In this document: one piece after another, positions 1 through 11,926 of the stretch
Position numbering within the stretch: position 1 is the stretch's first letter
How the letters are laid out: every line of letters starts with the position of its first letter
Assembly (NCBI GenBank): GCA_963662465.1
Contig: OY759599.1
Span: 5,824,001 to 5,888,000 of the forward strand
Source of the DNA: Desulfatiglandales bacterium
Lineage (GTDB): Bacteria; Desulfobacterota; DSM-4660; Desulfatiglandales; Desulfatiglandaceae
Length of the DNA stretch: 64,000 bases
Direction: 5' to 3'
Made by a program: the position numbers and the translations under genes
The notes under the pieces: generated by a model
What the model was told of the DNA's origin: nothing
Databases searched by the model: none
The model's input: only the letters and a program-made list of their open reading frames with translations

Positions 1-922
<922 letters not shown>

Positions 923-939
923 TATGATTTACCCGCGAC

Positions 940-1818
940 CTATTCAAAAAATTCGGATCGACCGAAAAACCCTCTTGGCCTGATGGTGAGGATCACGGCC
1001 ATGAACACATACATGAGGATGGTGGCGCCGGGAGGCCAGAAAATAATCCCTAAAGTGACCAGTTCCCCCATGATAAGACCCGCCAGAACAGACCCGGCGA
1101 TACTCCCCATGCCCCCGATGATGACGATAACAAAGGTTTCGATGAGAATGTCCATCCCCATGAGGGGTTGAATATTCTGAATGGGCGCAATCAGTACCCC
1201 CGCAAGTCCGGAAAGGGCCGCGCCCATGCCGAATACCCATGTAAAGACCCCTGAGATATTAGTGCCCAGGGCATCAGCCATCTCGCTGTCGTCGGTTCCC
1301 GCCCGGATAATGGCGCCCATCTTGGTTTTAGCGATAAACAACCAGACGCCTAAGGCCAGAAGCGCGGTAATGATGATCACGAAAAGCCTGTATTTCGGGT
1401 AGAGCATAAATCCCAGATTCACGGCGCCCCGCAAAAAAGAGGGGATGCCGAAGGGCTCGCCTTCAGGGCCGTATATGATCTTGATGCCGTCCTGGATGAT
1501 AAACATGATCCCGAAGGTGAGCAGAAGATTAAAATAATGGGGAAGGTTGTACAGCCTCCGGATGAGGAGTCTTTCAAGGGCAATGCCGATGATGCCCACC
1601 AGGAGGGGGCAGATGAAAAGGGCTGCGGCAAAGGGCATGTGTAGCGTTTTGACAACGGTGTAAGCTGCATAGGCCCCCAGCATATACAAGGCGCCGTGAG
1701 CGAAATTAACGACGCCCAGGGTTCCGAAAATAACCGTCAGTCCCAGGGAAAGGAGTACATAGATGGCGCCCAGGATCAAACCGTTAAAGAGGTGGATTAA
1801 AATGAAGTTAAATGTCAT
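940..1818 (-). CDS. livH: Branched-chain amino acid ABC permease, LivH-type
   Basis: NGLILGAIYVLLSLGLTVIFG..VVNFAHG motif; hydrophobic; IIGGMGS motif. Confidence 0.9.
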   Translation of the reverse strand: MTFNFILIHLFNGLILGAIYVLLSLGLTVIFGTLGVVNFAHGALYMLGAYAAYTVVKTLHMPFAAALFICPLLVGIIGIALERLLIRRLYNLPHYFNLLLTFGIMFIIQDGIKIIYGPEGEPFGIPSFLRGAVNLGFMLYPKYRLFVIIITALLALGVWLFIAKTKMGAIIRAGTDDSEMADALGTNISGVFTWVFGMGAALSGLAGVLIAPIQNIQPLMGMDILIETFVIVIIGGMGSIAGSVLAGLIMGELVTLGIIFWPPGATILMYVFMAVILTIRPRGFFGRSEFFE

Positions 1819-1881
1819 CGCCCATAAGCCCCATGGGTATCCGGGAGAAGGCGATAGACCGCCTCCTCCCGTACCGGGAAA

Positions 1882-3084
1882 TTACTTTTTCAGGTTGCAG
1901 CCGAACTGGCCCGGCGTTCCAAATGCTTCTTCCGCGGACAGGGCGCCGATAATCTCGAAATAGTCATCTTTTTCTTTGACTTCTCCGGGTTTTTTCACCC
2001 GGAGGAGCAATGCTTTGCCCACCTGCATATGATCTTCGGGCCGGATGTATCCGGGATTGGCAAACAGATCGATGAAGGTATGCCCTTCCAACTGTTTGAT
2101 GACCGCGTCGGCATCGGTTGTGCCCGCTCGCTTCACCGCATCAAGATACTGCCAGGTGGCGCTGTACACGGCAGCCGCCATGAAATGGGGGCGTTCCCCG
2201 GTTTTCTTGAGATATTTGTCCGCGAATTCCCTTGCGCCGGGATTGTCCACCTTCCAGTTCCAGGAAGCCGCCACATAATCATCCTGAAAGGTTTCAGGGC
2301 CGGCCCCCCGGATGCTGGGTTCAAACAGAAGGGCATGGACAATCTTGCAGTTGCCCTTTAAACCGTACTCAGCAGCCGCCTTGGTTGAATTGACGGCATC
2401 TTTCCCCACATTCAGCAGCACCAGTACATCCGGTTTGGCCTGCATGGCTTTCAGAATATAGGGGCTGTAGTCGGAGGTTTTCAGCGCCACCATATCGTTT
2501 CCCACATGAATCCCGCCCTTGGCCTTTAAGGCGGCCTTGAAGTGTTTCAGAAGGTCATGGCCCCATGCATAATCGCTGGTGATGGTATACCAGCGTTTCC
2601 CCAGGTGCTCCGCCCCCCAGAGGCCCACGGTGGTGGCCAGCATGTAATCGTTATAATTCCATTTGATCACATAAGGATTGCACTGTTTTCCGATGAGTTC
2701 CGTTGTGCCCGCGGAGGTGGAGATAAACAGCTTCTTATGAATCTCGGCCTGTTTGGCAACGGCCAGGGCCGCCGCGCTGTTGGGACAGGCGACGATCACA
2801 TCAACATTATATTTTTCGTAGAGCTCTTTGGCCTTTTCGTTAGCGATGCCCGGGTTGTAGGCATGGTCCTTTGCAATCAATTCGACCTTTTTCCCCAACA
2901 CCGGTCCGTAATCCTCGATGGCCATTTCAGCGGCCCATTTTTCCCCGTTTCCAATCACCGCCAGGGGGCCGGACAACACGCTGAGCACCCCCACCTTTAC
3001 GGCATCCCCAGCGCCCGCGGGGCACACTGTGAAAAGAAACGCAACCATTACCAATATTGCCGTCAATGAAAATTTCTTACCCAT
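1882..3084 (-). CDS. ABC substrate-binding protein (Liv/periplasmic binding protein type I)
   Basis: Signal peptide; VKVGVLSVLSGP start; DYAWG and DYSPYILKA motifs; within liv operon. Confidence 0.88.
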   Translation of the reverse strand: MGKKFSLTAILVMVAFLFTVCPAGAGDAVKVGVLSVLSGPLAVIGNGEKWAAEMAIEDYGPVLGKKVELIAKDHAYNPGIANEKAKELYEKYNVDVIVACPNSAAALAVAKQAEIHKKLFISTSAGTTELIGKQCNPYVIKWNYNDYMLATTVGLWGAEHLGKRWYTITSDYAWGHDLLKHFKAALKAKGGIHVGNDMVALKTSDYSPYILKAMQAKPDVLVLLNVGKDAVNSTKAAAEYGLKGNCKIVHALLFEPSIRGAGPETFQDDYVAASWNWKVDNPGAREFADKYLKKTGERPHFMAAAVYSATWQYLDAVKRAGTTDADAVIKQLEGHTFIDLFANPGYIRPEDHMQVGKALLLRVKKPGEVKEKDDYFEIIGALSAEEAFGTPGQFGCNLKK

Positions 3085-3195
3085 GGTGATCCTCCTGTTG
3101 TTTTGATTTGTCCTTGAACTTCGACTGGTTTGTTGACACTCCGGTTGCAGGCGTCACCTCCTTCCCGCCATGGGGATGGATGAAACCATTCCTTC

Positions 3196-3891
3196 TCAAA
3201 CCCCCAGATATCGCTTTTGAATCTCGTGGTCTTTGCGAAAATGCGCATTGTCCGCGCTGTATACAATTTTTCCCCCATAGAGGATCTGGTGCCTGTCCGC
3301 CACTTCGGTGGCAAAACGGGTGTTTTGTTCGATTAAGAGAATCGTGAGCCCGTTGTTTTTAATTTCTCCGATGATGGCGCCGATAGACCGAACCAAGAGG
3401 GGCGCCAGCCCTTCCGTGGGTTCGTCCAGAAGGATCAGGTCCATTTTGGCCCTCAATATCCGGGCAATGGCCAGCATCTGCTGTTCCCCGCCGCTGAGCT
3501 GGGTCCCTCTGTTGTGGGACCGTCTTTTCAGCACTGGAAAAAATTCGTAGATTTTTTCCAGCTTCCAGCCCTCCCCGCCCGTTCCCCAGACCGGGAACAT
3601 GATATTCTCAAGAACGGTCAGGCTGGGGAAAATTCGGCGTTCTTCAGGAACGAACCCAACACCTTGCCGTGCGATTTTATGGGGCGCGAGCCCTGAAATT
3701 TCCCGACCCTTAAAAACAATTTTACCGGATCTGAGCGGCACGATTCCCATAATAGACTTGACGGTGGTGGTTTTCCCGGCCCCGTTTCGTCCCAGGAGCG
3801 TCACCACCTCTCCCCTTTGAATATCCATGGAAAGACCGCGGAGGATATGGCTTTCATCGTAATATGCGTGAACGTCTTCCAACGTGAGCAA
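3196..3891 (-). CDS. livF: ABC ATPase, LivF-type
   Basis: Walker A GRNGAGKTT, LSGGEQQMLAIAR, LLDEPTEGLAP; TTG start. Confidence 0.9.
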   Translation of the reverse strand: MLTLEDVHAYYDESHILRGLSMDIQRGEVVTLLGRNGAGKTTTVKSIMGIVPLRSGKIVFKGREISGLAPHKIARQGVGFVPEERRIFPSLTVLENIMFPVWGTGGEGWKLEKIYEFFPVLKRRSHNRGTQLSGGEQQMLAIARILRAKMDLILLDEPTEGLAPLLVRSIGAIIGEIKNNGLTILLIEQNTRFATEVADRHQILYGGKIVYSADNAHFRKDHEIQKRYLGV

Positions 3892-3893
3892 TC

Positions 3894-4658
3894 TTAGTAT
3901 CCCCCCAGATAGGCGGTCTGAACCTTTTCGTTTTCCTGTATTTGGGCCGGCGACCCTTCGGCAATGACCTGTCCCTGGTTCAGGACCGTAATCACATGGC
4001 TCAGGGCGATGACGAGATCAATGTTGTGATCGATGAGAACCACCGTCAATTCCTTCGAAATATCCCGCACCAGTTGCATCATCCACTCCACGTCCGCGGC
4101 CTGAAGTCCTGCCATGGGTTCGTCCAGAAGAATCAATTCAGGATCGGTGGCCAGAGAAATGCCGATATCCAGAACCCGCTTTTCCCCATAGGAAAGATTC
4201 TTGCTGATCACCCCTCCCTTATCCGCGAGTCCGATGGCTTCCAGCACCTCATCGGCTTTTTGGGCGGCGCTTTTCAGCCGGGTGAAGTGCCTGAGAAAGT
4301 TGATGGACATCCGTTCCCGCGCCTGGGCCGCCACCCGAAGATTTTCGTGAACCGACAGTTCCGGAAAAATACTGGTGATTTGGAAGGAGCGGGCGATCCC
4401 CTTTTTTGAAATTTTGTAAGGGGGTAGATTGGTGACATCCTCACCCTTAAAAAAAACCGTGCCGCTGCTCACCGGGACAAAACCCGTCATCAGGTTGAAA
4501 AGGGTTGTTTTACCGGCGCCGTTGGGGCCGATAACGGAATGGATGCTCCCCGTGACGATCTTTAGGGCCACGTGGTCGATAACCTGCAACGCCCCAAAGT
4601 TCTTGCTGATATTGCGTGCTTCAAGGAGGGTCAAAGGGTTCATGATAGTCCCGCTCAA
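3894..4658 (-). CDS. livG: ABC ATPase, LivG-type
   Basis: GPNGAGKTT, IARSFQ, LSYGEKR, LLDEP, C-terminal VQTAYLG. Confidence 0.9.
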   Translation of the reverse strand: MSGTIMNPLTLLEARNISKNFGALQVIDHVALKIVTGSIHSVIGPNGAGKTTLFNLMTGFVPVSSGTVFFKGEDVTNLPPYKISKKGIARSFQITSIFPELSVHENLRVAAQARERMSINFLRHFTRLKSAAQKADEVLEAIGLADKGGVISKNLSYGEKRVLDIGISLATDPELILLDEPMAGLQAADVEWMMQLVRDISKELTVVLIDHNIDLVIALSHVITVLNQGQVIAEGSPAQIQENEKVQTAYLGGY

Positions 4659-4669
4659 AGGGAAATCTC

Positions 4670-5581
4670 CTATGCCGCGGGCAAATGAAGAATTTTTCTG
4701 GCTTCCGCGGGGGTGGCAATCTCGCGACCCAGTTCCCCGGCAATCCTGACCACCTTTGCCACCAGTTCCGCATTGCTTTTGGCCGGTACGCCCTCGGATA
4801 GATAGATATTGTCTTCAAACCCCACCCGCACATGCCCCCCCATGATAATGGACATGGTGGCCATTTCAAATTCTTTTAAGCCGACGGCGCATACGGACCA
4901 GGGAGAGTTTTCGGGGATATTGCGCACCATGTGGAGGAGGTTGTCCACGGTGGCGGGAATCTGGCCCAATATTCCCAGAACACATTGGAAGTAAAGGGGT
5001 TTTTCAAGATGCCCCATCTCCGCCAGTACGATGGCGTTGTTGATCATTCCGATGTCATAGCATTCCAGTTCGGGCTTGACCTGGTTGGCCTTCATGACTT
5101 CGGCCATATGCACCATATCCGGAAAGCTGTGGACCATGACAAACTTGAGCAGAAAATCCTTTTTTTTCCGGTTGTAGATGTCAATGACCGGAGAACCGGC
5201 GTTAAATGAGGCCAGATCCGGTTTTGCCCGAGGGTTTTGGGCCAGCGCCGGTATCACGCTCAAGCGCCCCTTGACGCTTTCTTCGGGGACTTCTTTGAAC
5301 AGGTAGTCCCCATCCACGCGTTTTCCCGTGCCGCCGGTGGATACGTTTACGATGATGTCGCATTGTTCCTTGATGGGAACAACCGCCTCCTCAAACCATT
5401 GGGCCTTGTTTTCCCCTTTTCCGGTTTCCGGATTCCTCGGGTGCAGGTGAACTACCGAGGCCCCCGCTTCATAGGCTTCAAGGGTCGCTGCTACCTGTTC
5501 TTTGGGCGTCTTGGGCAGGTATGGGTTTGCGTCCGGAGAGGCCCCACCGGTAATGGCTGCCGTGATAATCAGTTTTTCCAT
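4670..5581 (-). CDS. Beta-keto acid cleavage enzyme (BKACE/DUF849, Kce-like)
   Basis: KLIITAAITG, EAGASVVHLH, PELECYD, GGHVRVGFEDN, SNAELV, ATPAEAR motifs. Confidence 0.9.
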   Translation of the reverse strand: MEKLIITAAITGGASPDANPYLPKTPKEQVAATLEAYEAGASVVHLHPRNPETGKGENKAQWFEEAVVPIKEQCDIIVNVSTGGTGKRVDGDYLFKEVPEESVKGRLSVIPALAQNPRAKPDLASFNAGSPVIDIYNRKKKDFLLKFVMVHSFPDMVHMAEVMKANQVKPELECYDIGMINNAIVLAEMGHLEKPLYFQCVLGILGQIPATVDNLLHMVRNIPENSPWSVCAVGLKEFEMATMSIIMGGHVRVGFEDNIYLSEGVPAKSNAELVAKVVRIAGELGREIATPAEARKILHLPAA

Positions 5582-5626
5582 TCAAATGTCCTCCCGATGG
5601 GTTTACTGAAAGTAAACCCTCTAAAA

Positions 5627-6205
5627 TCAAATCCTGCGATAGGAATAGATCATGCACAAAAAGACGGTTTTTTCCTGTCCCAGGCTTCTTCCCGAATGCG
5701 GTATGGCCGCGTTGAAATAGGCGCTGTCCCCCGCTTTAAGGGTATAGGTCTTTTCGCCATAAAAAAACTCCATTTTTCCATCGAGGATAAAGATGAATTC
5801 TTCGCCATCGTGTTGAAACCCCTCGATGGGAGAGTGACGGTCTATGGTAATGAGCATGGGTTCCATGTTCTTGCCGCGCATGCGATAAGCGAGAGATTCG
5901 TATATATAGCCGCCTGTCGCTACCTTTAGTCGGCCGAGCTCCCCGTTCCCGGTCCTGTAAATATCCAGGTTGGCGTCTTTTTGGGTGTCATCATCATCAA
6001 TCAGAAGAGAGACGATTTCGGCATTGAATGCCGATGCAATTTTGGAAAGCGTTGAAATGGGCGGCGCTTTTTCGGAATTTTCAATTCGGGAAAGATAACC
6101 TTTGGTAAGACCGGTAACGGAAGCCAGCTGATCGAGCGTTATGCCGCTGTTCAGGCGGAGGGTTTTTATCCGTGCGGCAATTTTCTTTTCGTCGAAATCT
6201 TTCAT
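5627..6205 (-). CDS. XRE-family HTH transcriptional regulator with C-terminal cupin
   Basis: TLDQLASVTGLTKGYLSRIEN HTH; HDGEEF..GDSAYF..PH cupin; likely start MKDFDEKK at 6205 rather than 6304. Confidence 0.88.
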   Translation of the reverse strand: MKDFDEKKIAARIKTLRLNSGITLDQLASVTGLTKGYLSRIENSEKAPPISTLSKIASAFNAEIVSLLIDDDDTQKDANLDIYRTGNGELGRLKVATGGYIYESLAYRMRGKNMEPMLITIDRHSPIEGFQHDGEEFIFILDGKMEFFYGEKTYTLKAGDSAYFNAAIPHSGRSLGQEKTVFLCMIYSYRRI

Positions 6206-6342
6206 GGTTTCCGTGTATACAAATAGGAAACTTTTGTCAAACACAAAGTTGCCGTCCTGGTTGTTTTGATGGTTTGGCAAAGGACCCTGTGGACATTCTT
6301 TCAATTGGAGGATGGGGATTTAGGATGAAAATACAAATTAAT

Positions 6343-6369
6343 TTGACACGCTTGCGCCATCGTTATAGT
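6343..6369 (+). promoter_or_regulatory. Putative sigma70 promoter for xseB operon
   Basis: TTGACA (6343-6348) and TATAGT (6364-6369); 15-bp spacer is short. Confidence 0.4.
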
Positions 6370-6408
6370 GTTGTGCCATGGTTATGGGATTCAAGATTCG
6401 GAGGAAAA

Positions 6409-6660
6409 ATGGCGGAGAAGAGCTTTGAAGCGGCCATGCAGCGATTAGAAGAGATCGTGCAGAGCCTCGAAGAGGGCCTGCCCTTGGAAAAATCTTTAAA
6501 AGTGTTCGAGGAAGGTATGTTGTTGTCTGGTTATTGTTCCAACGAACTTGAAGCAGCGGAAAAAAAGGTCACCGTGCTTATTCAGGAAAGTGGTGGAAAA
6601 TACAAGGAAACCCCCTTTAAACCGGGTGAAAAGAATAATGACGAATCCAATAAAATTTGA
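6409..6660 (+). CDS. xseB: Exodeoxyribonuclease VII small subunit
   Basis: MAEKSFEAAMQRLEEIV..LPLEKSLKVFEEG; GGAGG RBS; precedes ispA-dxs. Confidence 0.92.
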   Translation: MAEKSFEAAMQRLEEIVQSLEEGLPLEKSLKVFEEGMLLSGYCSNELEAAEKKVTVLIQESGGKYKETPFKPGEKNNDESNKI

Positions 6661-7546
6661 CTTAAAGGCTTACCTCCTGGAAAAACGGGCGCAGGTGGAT
6701 CGTGCGCTTGATGACTATTTTCCTGAGGGTGATGGCCTTACGGCGGACCTCATAGAAGCCATGAGATACAGCCTTTTCGCCGGCGGAAAGAGATTGAGGC
6801 CGATTCTTTGCATGGCCGGCGCCGAGGCGGTGGGGGGTGACGGAAGCCATGTGCTTCCCGTGGCCTGCGCTTTGGAATTGATTCATACCTATTCCCTGAT
6901 TCATGATGATCTGCCCTTGATGGATGATGATGATCTCAGGCGTGGAAAACCCACCAACCACAAAGTTTATGGGGATGCCATTGCCCTTCTGGCGGGGGAC
7001 GGCCTGTTGACAGAGGCATTCAGCCTTATGACCTCAGCCCATGCCGCAGAGCGAATAGCGCCCGGTCTGCTGCTGGAGGCGATCGGAATGATTTCCCGCG
7101 CTGCCGGGCATGATGGGATGGTTGGGGGACAAGTGGTGGACATGCAGTGGGAGAAAAAGAAAGCAACCCTTGAAACGGTGAAATTTCTCCATACCCGCAA
7201 AACAGGCGCAATGATTACGGCTTCCGTAGTTTCCGGCGCCATTCTTGCCGGCGCCGCGAAACCTCAAATTCAGTCCATATTATCCTATGGGAAAAAAATA
7301 GGTTTGGCGTTTCAGATCTCCGACGACATCCTGGATGTTGAAGGGGACAGCGCAACCATGGGGAAAATGGCCGGGGCGGATGAAGAAAAAGGGAAAACCA
7401 CCTACCCGTCGGTTCTGGGCCTGGGTGAATCCAAAAAAATCCAGACGGAACTGGTTCAAGACGCCGTCCAATGCCTGAAAGGGTTTGGGGAAAAAGCAGC
7501 GCCCCTTCGACAAATTGCCTATTATATCATTGAGAGAAAAAAATGA
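6638..7546 (+). CDS. ispA: Farnesyl/geranylgeranyl diphosphate synthase
   Basis: [37 protein letters not shown]; start MTNPIKF at 6638. Confidence 0.93.
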   Translation: MTNPIKFDLKAYLLEKRAQVDRALDDYFPEGDGLTADLIEAMRYSLFAGGKRLRPILCMAGAEAVGGDGSHVLPVACALELIHTYSLIHDDLPLMDDDDLRRGKPTNHKVYGDAIALLAGDGLLTEAFSLMTSAHAAERIAPGLLLEAIGMISRAAGHDGMVGGQVVDMQWEKKKATLETVKFLHTRKTGAMITASVVSGAILAGAAKPQIQSILSYGKKIGLAFQISDDILDVEGDSATMGKMAGADEEKGKTTYPSVLGLGESKKIQTELVQDAVQCLKGFGEKAAPLRQIAYYIIERKK

Positions 7547-9447
7547 TTGAAAGCGGACCTGAAAAATCGAATTTGTTAAGCACGATTGAGAGCCCCGCGG
7601 ATATAAAAGATCTTTCCCTGGATCAGCTACAGGATTTGGCCGAGGAAATTCGCTGGAAAATTATCGAGACAACGTCAAAAACAGGTGGCCATCTGGCGCC
7701 TAGTCTTGGAACGGTGGAGCTGGCTATTGCACTGCACTATGTTTATGACACCCCCAGGGATAAAATTATCTGGGATGTGGGTCACCAGGCCTATGCCCAT
7801 AAATTGCTCACCGGACGGCGAAACCAATTTCATACCCTGCGAACTTATGGCGGCATCAGTGGGTTTCCAAAGCGGGCGGAAAGCCCCTACGATGCCTTCG
7901 ATACCGGACACAGCAGCACCTCCATTTCCGCGGGCCTGGGCATTTCCACGGCGAAATGCCTTAAAGGGGATAAACATAAAGTCATTTCGGTGATCGGCGA
8001 CGGTTCCCTGACCGGCGGAATGGCCTTTGAAGGGCTTAATCAGGCGGGCCATACGGAGAAAGACCTGATCGTTGTCCTCAATGACAATGCCATGTCCATT
8101 GCGCCCAACGTGGGGGCATTTTCATCGTTTCTGAGCCGCAAGATGACCGGCAAGCGATTTGTGAATTTCAAAAAGGATCTTGAAAATTTCATCAAATCCT
8201 TGCCCGGGGTGGGCGACAATATCCTTAGTTTCGCCCGCAAGAGCGAGGATTCCTTCCTTGCCTTCTTTACGCCGGGAATGATGTTTGAGGCTTTTAAATT
8301 CAAATATATCGGTCCCATTCACGGTCATCGCCTTGACCGCCTGATTGAGGCCTTTAACAATACCGGCAATTTGGAAGGCCCCATTTTGATTCATGTCCTC
8401 ACCGTAAAGGGGAAGGGGTATGAGTTTGCCGAAAAAGACCCGGCCTATTTTCATGGGGTGGGGTCGTTTGATGTTTTAACCGGGGCTCCTCCCATCAAAA
8501 AACCCGCAACATCCATCCCCTCTTACACCAGTGTTTTCGGCAAGACCATGATGGACCTGGCTGCCAAAAATGATCGATTGTTTGCCATTACCGCGGCCAT
8601 GCCCGAGGGGACCGGCTTGACGGCGTTTTCAAAGGCATTTCCGGAAAGATTTCTGGATGTGGGCATTGCGGAGCAACATGCCGTGACATTTGCGGCAGGG
8701 TTGGCAACGGAAGGGTTCCATCCCGTGGTGGCCATTTACTCCACGTTCCTTCAGCGGGCCTTTGACCAGATCATCCATGATGTGTGTCTCCCCAATTTGC
8801 CGGTGGTTTTTGCCCTGGATCGGGGCGGTCTTGTGGGTGAAGACGGCCCGACCCATCACGGGCAGTTCGATGTTTCCTATCTGCGGAGCCTGCCCAATAT
8901 GACCATTATGGCGCCAAAAGATGAAAATGAATTGCGGCATATGCTTTTTACGGCGTTTAGACATAACGGACCCGTGGCCATTCGGTATCCACGGGGCAGT
9001 GGCATCGGCGTACCGATGGATGATGAATACCGGCAGCTTCCCATGGGAGAGGTCGAAATTTTGAAAGAAGGAAAAGATCTTCAGGTGCTGGCATTCGGCA
9101 GCATGGTGCAGCCATCCCTTGAAGCCTCCCGCATTCTGGAAGAACAGGGCATATCGGCAGGGGTTCTGAATTGCCGATTTGCAAAACCGCTGGACAAAAA
9201 AATCGCTGCGATTGCCGCCCCTTCAGGGCGGCTCCTGGTGGTGGAGGAAAACGTTCGAATAGGTGGTCTTGGCAGTGGGGTTCTGGAGCTTTTTAATGAT
9301 ATGGGGGTGCGCGATATCCTGATTAAAAGGCTCGGACTTCCGGATTTGTTCGTTGAACAGGGTCCGGCGGCGCTTCTTAGGAAGAATCTGGCTCTTGACG
9401 CCGAAGGCATTGCAAAGGAGGCCGGAGATTTCTGCCGACAAACCTGA
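7543..9447 (+). CDS. dxs: 1-deoxy-D-xylulose-5-phosphate synthase
   Basis: [50 protein letters not shown]. Confidence 0.97.
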   Translation: MIESGPEKSNLLSTIESPADIKDLSLDQLQDLAEEIRWKIIETTSKTGGHLAPSLGTVELAIALHYVYDTPRDKIIWDVGHQAYAHKLLTGRRNQFHTLRTYGGISGFPKRAESPYDAFDTGHSSTSISAGLGISTAKCLKGDKHKVISVIGDGSLTGGMAFEGLNQAGHTEKDLIVVLNDNAMSIAPNVGAFSSFLSRKMTGKRFVNFKKDLENFIKSLPGVGDNILSFARKSEDSFLAFFTPGMMFEAFKFKYIGPIHGHRLDRLIEAFNNTGNLEGPILIHVLTVKGKGYEFAEKDPAYFHGVGSFDVLTGAPPIKKPATSIPSYTSVFGKTMMDLAAKNDRLFAITAAMPEGTGLTAFSKAFPERFLDVGIAEQHAVTFAAGLATEGFHPVVAIYSTFLQRAFDQIIHDVCLPNLPVVFALDRGGLVGEDGPTHHGQFDVSYLRSLPNMTIMAPKDENELRHMLFTAFRHNGPVAIRYPRGSGIGVPMDDEYRQLPMGEVEILKEGKDLQVLAFGSMVQPSLEASRILEEQGISAGVLNCRFAKPLDKKIAAIAAPSGRLLVVEENVRIGGLGSGVLELFNDMGVRDILIKRLGLPDLFVEQGPAALLRKNLALDAEGIAKEAGDFCRQT

Positions 9448-10180
9448 GAGACGCAAATCAAGACTAGACAAATTATTGGTTCAAAGGGGTCTGACCGAAA
9501 GCCGTGAAAAGGCCAAGGCCATGATCATGGCGGGTCTTGTTTACGTGGACGACGCCCTGGCCGATAAAGCAGGGCACTTGTTTTCTGATGCCGCTGCCAT
9601 TCGCTTGAAAGAACCCTACCCGCCTTTTGTCAGCAGGGGGGGAATCAAGCTTGAAGGCGCCATGGCGCATTTTTCCGTCAATGTTCAATCGTTGGTCCTG
9701 TTGGATGTGGGGGCTTCCACGGGCGGGTTCACCGATTGTCTGCTTCAACGGGGCGCCGGGAGAATCATTGCCATTGATGTGGGTTACGGTCAGTTTGCCT
9801 GGAAGCTCCGTCAGGATCCTCGTGTAACGGTGGTGGAAAAGACCAATATCCGCTATTTGACGCCGGATCAACTTGGCATTCTCGCGCAGGGGGCGGTCAT
9901 CGATGTTTCCTTCATTTCCCTTAAACTGGTGATCCCGGTTGTTTCCGGCCTCTTGACGGATCACGCGTTTATCCTCTCCTTGATCAAACCCCAGTTTGAG
10001 GTGGGCAGGGGAAAGATCGGAAAGGGCGGCGTGGTGCGCGACCCCGCTCTTCATGAATCGGTTATTCTGGATTTGACAACGTTCTGCGAAAAATCGGGGT
10101 GGTCGGTTCGGGGAACCGTTCCGTCGCCCATATTGGGACCCAAGGGGAACCGCGAGTTTTTTATCTATTTGGAGCGGTAG
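9353..10180 (+). CDS. tlyA: TlyA-family rRNA methyltransferase (start uncertain)
   Basis: RLDKLLV S4 start, [42 protein letters not shown]; conserved position after dxs. Confidence 0.9.
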   Translation: MNRVRRRFLGRIWLLTPKALQRRPEISADKPERRKSRLDKLLVQRGLTESREKAKAMIMAGLVYVDDALADKAGHLFSDAAAIRLKEPYPPFVSRGGIKLEGAMAHFSVNVQSLVLLDVGASTGGFTDCLLQRGAGRIIAIDVGYGQFAWKLRQDPRVTVVEKTNIRYLTPDQLGILAQGAVIDVSFISLKLVIPVVSGLLTDHAFILSLIKPQFEVGRGKIGKGGVVRDPALHESVILDLTTFCEKSGWSVRGTVPSPILGPKGNREFFIYLER

Positions 10181-10193
10181 GGGACGGAAAAAA

Positions 10194-11012
10194 ATGAAAA
10201 ACATTCATCGACTTGTTGAGATCATCCAGGATATTGCTGCCGGGCAATACTCAAATGACATCATGGACCTGACCTGTGAAGATCACCCGGAGACGGTGCG
10301 AACCATTGCGGAAGCCATGGGCTTGATGATGGTCAAGGTGGAGGCGAGGGAGTACCGGCTTGAATTGATGGTCAAGGAGCTGGAAGCATTAAATGAAAAG
10401 ATCAAGCAGAATGCCATTGCCGTGGTATCGACCATGGCCCATGCGTTGGCGGCCCGTGACGCCTATACCGAGGGACATGCCGAACGGGTGGCTGATATCG
10501 CATGTAAAATAGCCCGGCAACTGGGGTTGGCGGAAGAAGAAATCGAATTTGTTCGATTAGGCGGCATCCTGCACGATATCGGAAAAATTGGATTTCCGGA
10601 CCGTCTTTTCGAGGCGCATGAACAGAAAAATCCGTCGGATCTGGTGAAACAGATCACCCGGCACCCGAGTACCGGGGCAAAGATTCTGCAGGATCTGGAC
10701 TTTCTGGGGCCGGCCCTTGAGTATGTTCACTGTCACCACGAACGACCGGACGGCAAGGGGTATCCGCGCCATCTCAAGGCTGAACAGATCCCCCTGGGCG
10801 CCGGCATCCTGGCGGTAGCCGATGCATTCGACGCCATGACAACGGACAGGCCCTATCAAAAAGGGAAGCCCTCTGAAGTCGCGTTGGATATTTTAAAAAA
10901 GAGCGCCGGGAAAAAATGGGACGCCCGGTGTGTTGCTGCTTTTGAAACGGTTTTGAGCGGGCAGGGGGCAGGGGACAGTTGTCAGAGGGCAACTGTCCCC
11001 TGCCCCCTGTGA
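10194..11012 (+). CDS. HD-GYP domain phosphodiesterase with short N-terminal helical region
   Basis: ARDAYTEGH, LHDIGKIG, HHERPDGKGYP, AVADAFDAMTTDRPY; last ~17 codons run into a repeat hairpin. Confidence 0.88.
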   Translation: MKNIHRLVEIIQDIAAGQYSNDIMDLTCEDHPETVRTIAEAMGLMMVKVEAREYRLELMVKELEALNEKIKQNAIAVVSTMAHALAARDAYTEGHAERVADIACKIARQLGLAEEEIEFVRLGGILHDIGKIGFPDRLFEAHEQKNPSDLVKQITRHPSTGAKILQDLDFLGPALEYVHCHHERPDGKGYPRHLKAEQIPLGAGILAVADAFDAMTTDRPYQKGKPSEVALDILKKSAGKKWDARCVAAFETVLSGQGAGDSCQRATVPCPL

Positions 11013-11020
11013 ACTGTTAC
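10962..11020. repeat. Perfect 20-bp hairpin plus MITE right end between convergent genes (likely bidirectional terminator)
   Basis: CAGGGGGCAGGGGACAGTTG (10962-10981) pairs with CAACTGTCCCCTGCCCCCTG (10990-11009); ends GTGAACTGTTAC like the element at 26542-26726. Confidence 0.8.
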
Positions 11021-11023
11021 GGC

Positions 11024-11887
11024 TTATTTTTGTTTTTTATGGGTCCTTTCCAATTCCTTTTCAATGATATTCGATATTTTTCCGAGGTCTCGATTCTCAA
11101 CACGCCGGCCATTCATGAAAACCGCCGGTATGCCGTTTACCCCGATTTTTTGCCCTTCTTCGTAGTCCCCCTTGATTTTTTCCAGTATCAATGGATTCTG
11201 GCGGTCTTTTTCGAACTGTTCCTCGTTCAATCCCAATTTCTTTGCAATTTCAAGAATTTTTTGATCGTTAAGATTCCTGTAATGCTTAAAAAGTTCATCG
11301 TGGAATTCCCAGAATTTTCCCTGGCATTCCGCGGCAAGGGCTGCCGCCGCCGCTGTTTTGGCAAACTTGTGGCTGCTTAAGGGAAAGTTTTTAAAAACGA
11401 TTTTTACCGATTTGGGATATTTCTTGAACACCTGCTCAAGTTCAGGCCCCAGCCTGGCACAATAGGGACACTGGAAATCACTGAAAATAGCCAGAACCAC
11501 CGGCGCATTTTGAGGCCCTTTGGCCGGTGCATCCGCGGTATTGATTTCCACAAAAAAATCAAGGGTAATCACCTGAACGGTTTTTTTCAGGCGGCTGGCA
11601 ACGAAAAGTCGATCCCCCTGTGGCGCCATTCTGATTTGATCCACCTGCTCCCCCACATGGATTTTGTTTTGCAGGACGCCTTCTTGATCATACACGGAAA
11701 TATTTCCCGCGTTCGTCAACACAAATATATATTTGCCATCCGGCGATGCGACCACATCCAGCGGGGAATTATCCGTGGTCAGCGTGTGTTGAACATCGAA
11801 ATTCACCCCGGCAAAGGCGCCCGGTGCTATGGCCATAAGCATCAAACCCATGAAAATACATAACAATTTTAAGCTTTTTTGTTTCAT
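11024..11887 (-). CDS. Exported DsbA-family thiol-disulfide oxidoreductase with N-terminal beta-propeller-like repeats
   Basis: Signal peptide from MKQKSLK (11887); SPDGKYIFV repeat; FSDFQCPYC, KNFPLSSH, GVNGIPAVFMNG. Confidence 0.85.
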   Translation of the reverse strand: MKQKSLKLLCIFMGLMLMAIAPGAFAGVNFDVQHTLTTDNSPLDVVASPDGKYIFVLTNAGNISVYDQEGVLQNKIHVGEQVDQIRMAPQGDRLFVASRLKKTVQVITLDFFVEINTADAPAKGPQNAPVVLAIFSDFQCPYCARLGPELEQVFKKYPKSVKIVFKNFPLSSHKFAKTAAAAALAAECQGKFWEFHDELFKHYRNLNDQKILEIAKKLGLNEEQFEKDRQNPLILEKIKGDYEEGQKIGVNGIPAVFMNGRRVENRDLGKISNIIEKELERTHKKQK

Positions 11888-11926
11888 TGCATTCCTCCCT
11901 TTTATTTTTTTTAATATTCCCATGAC

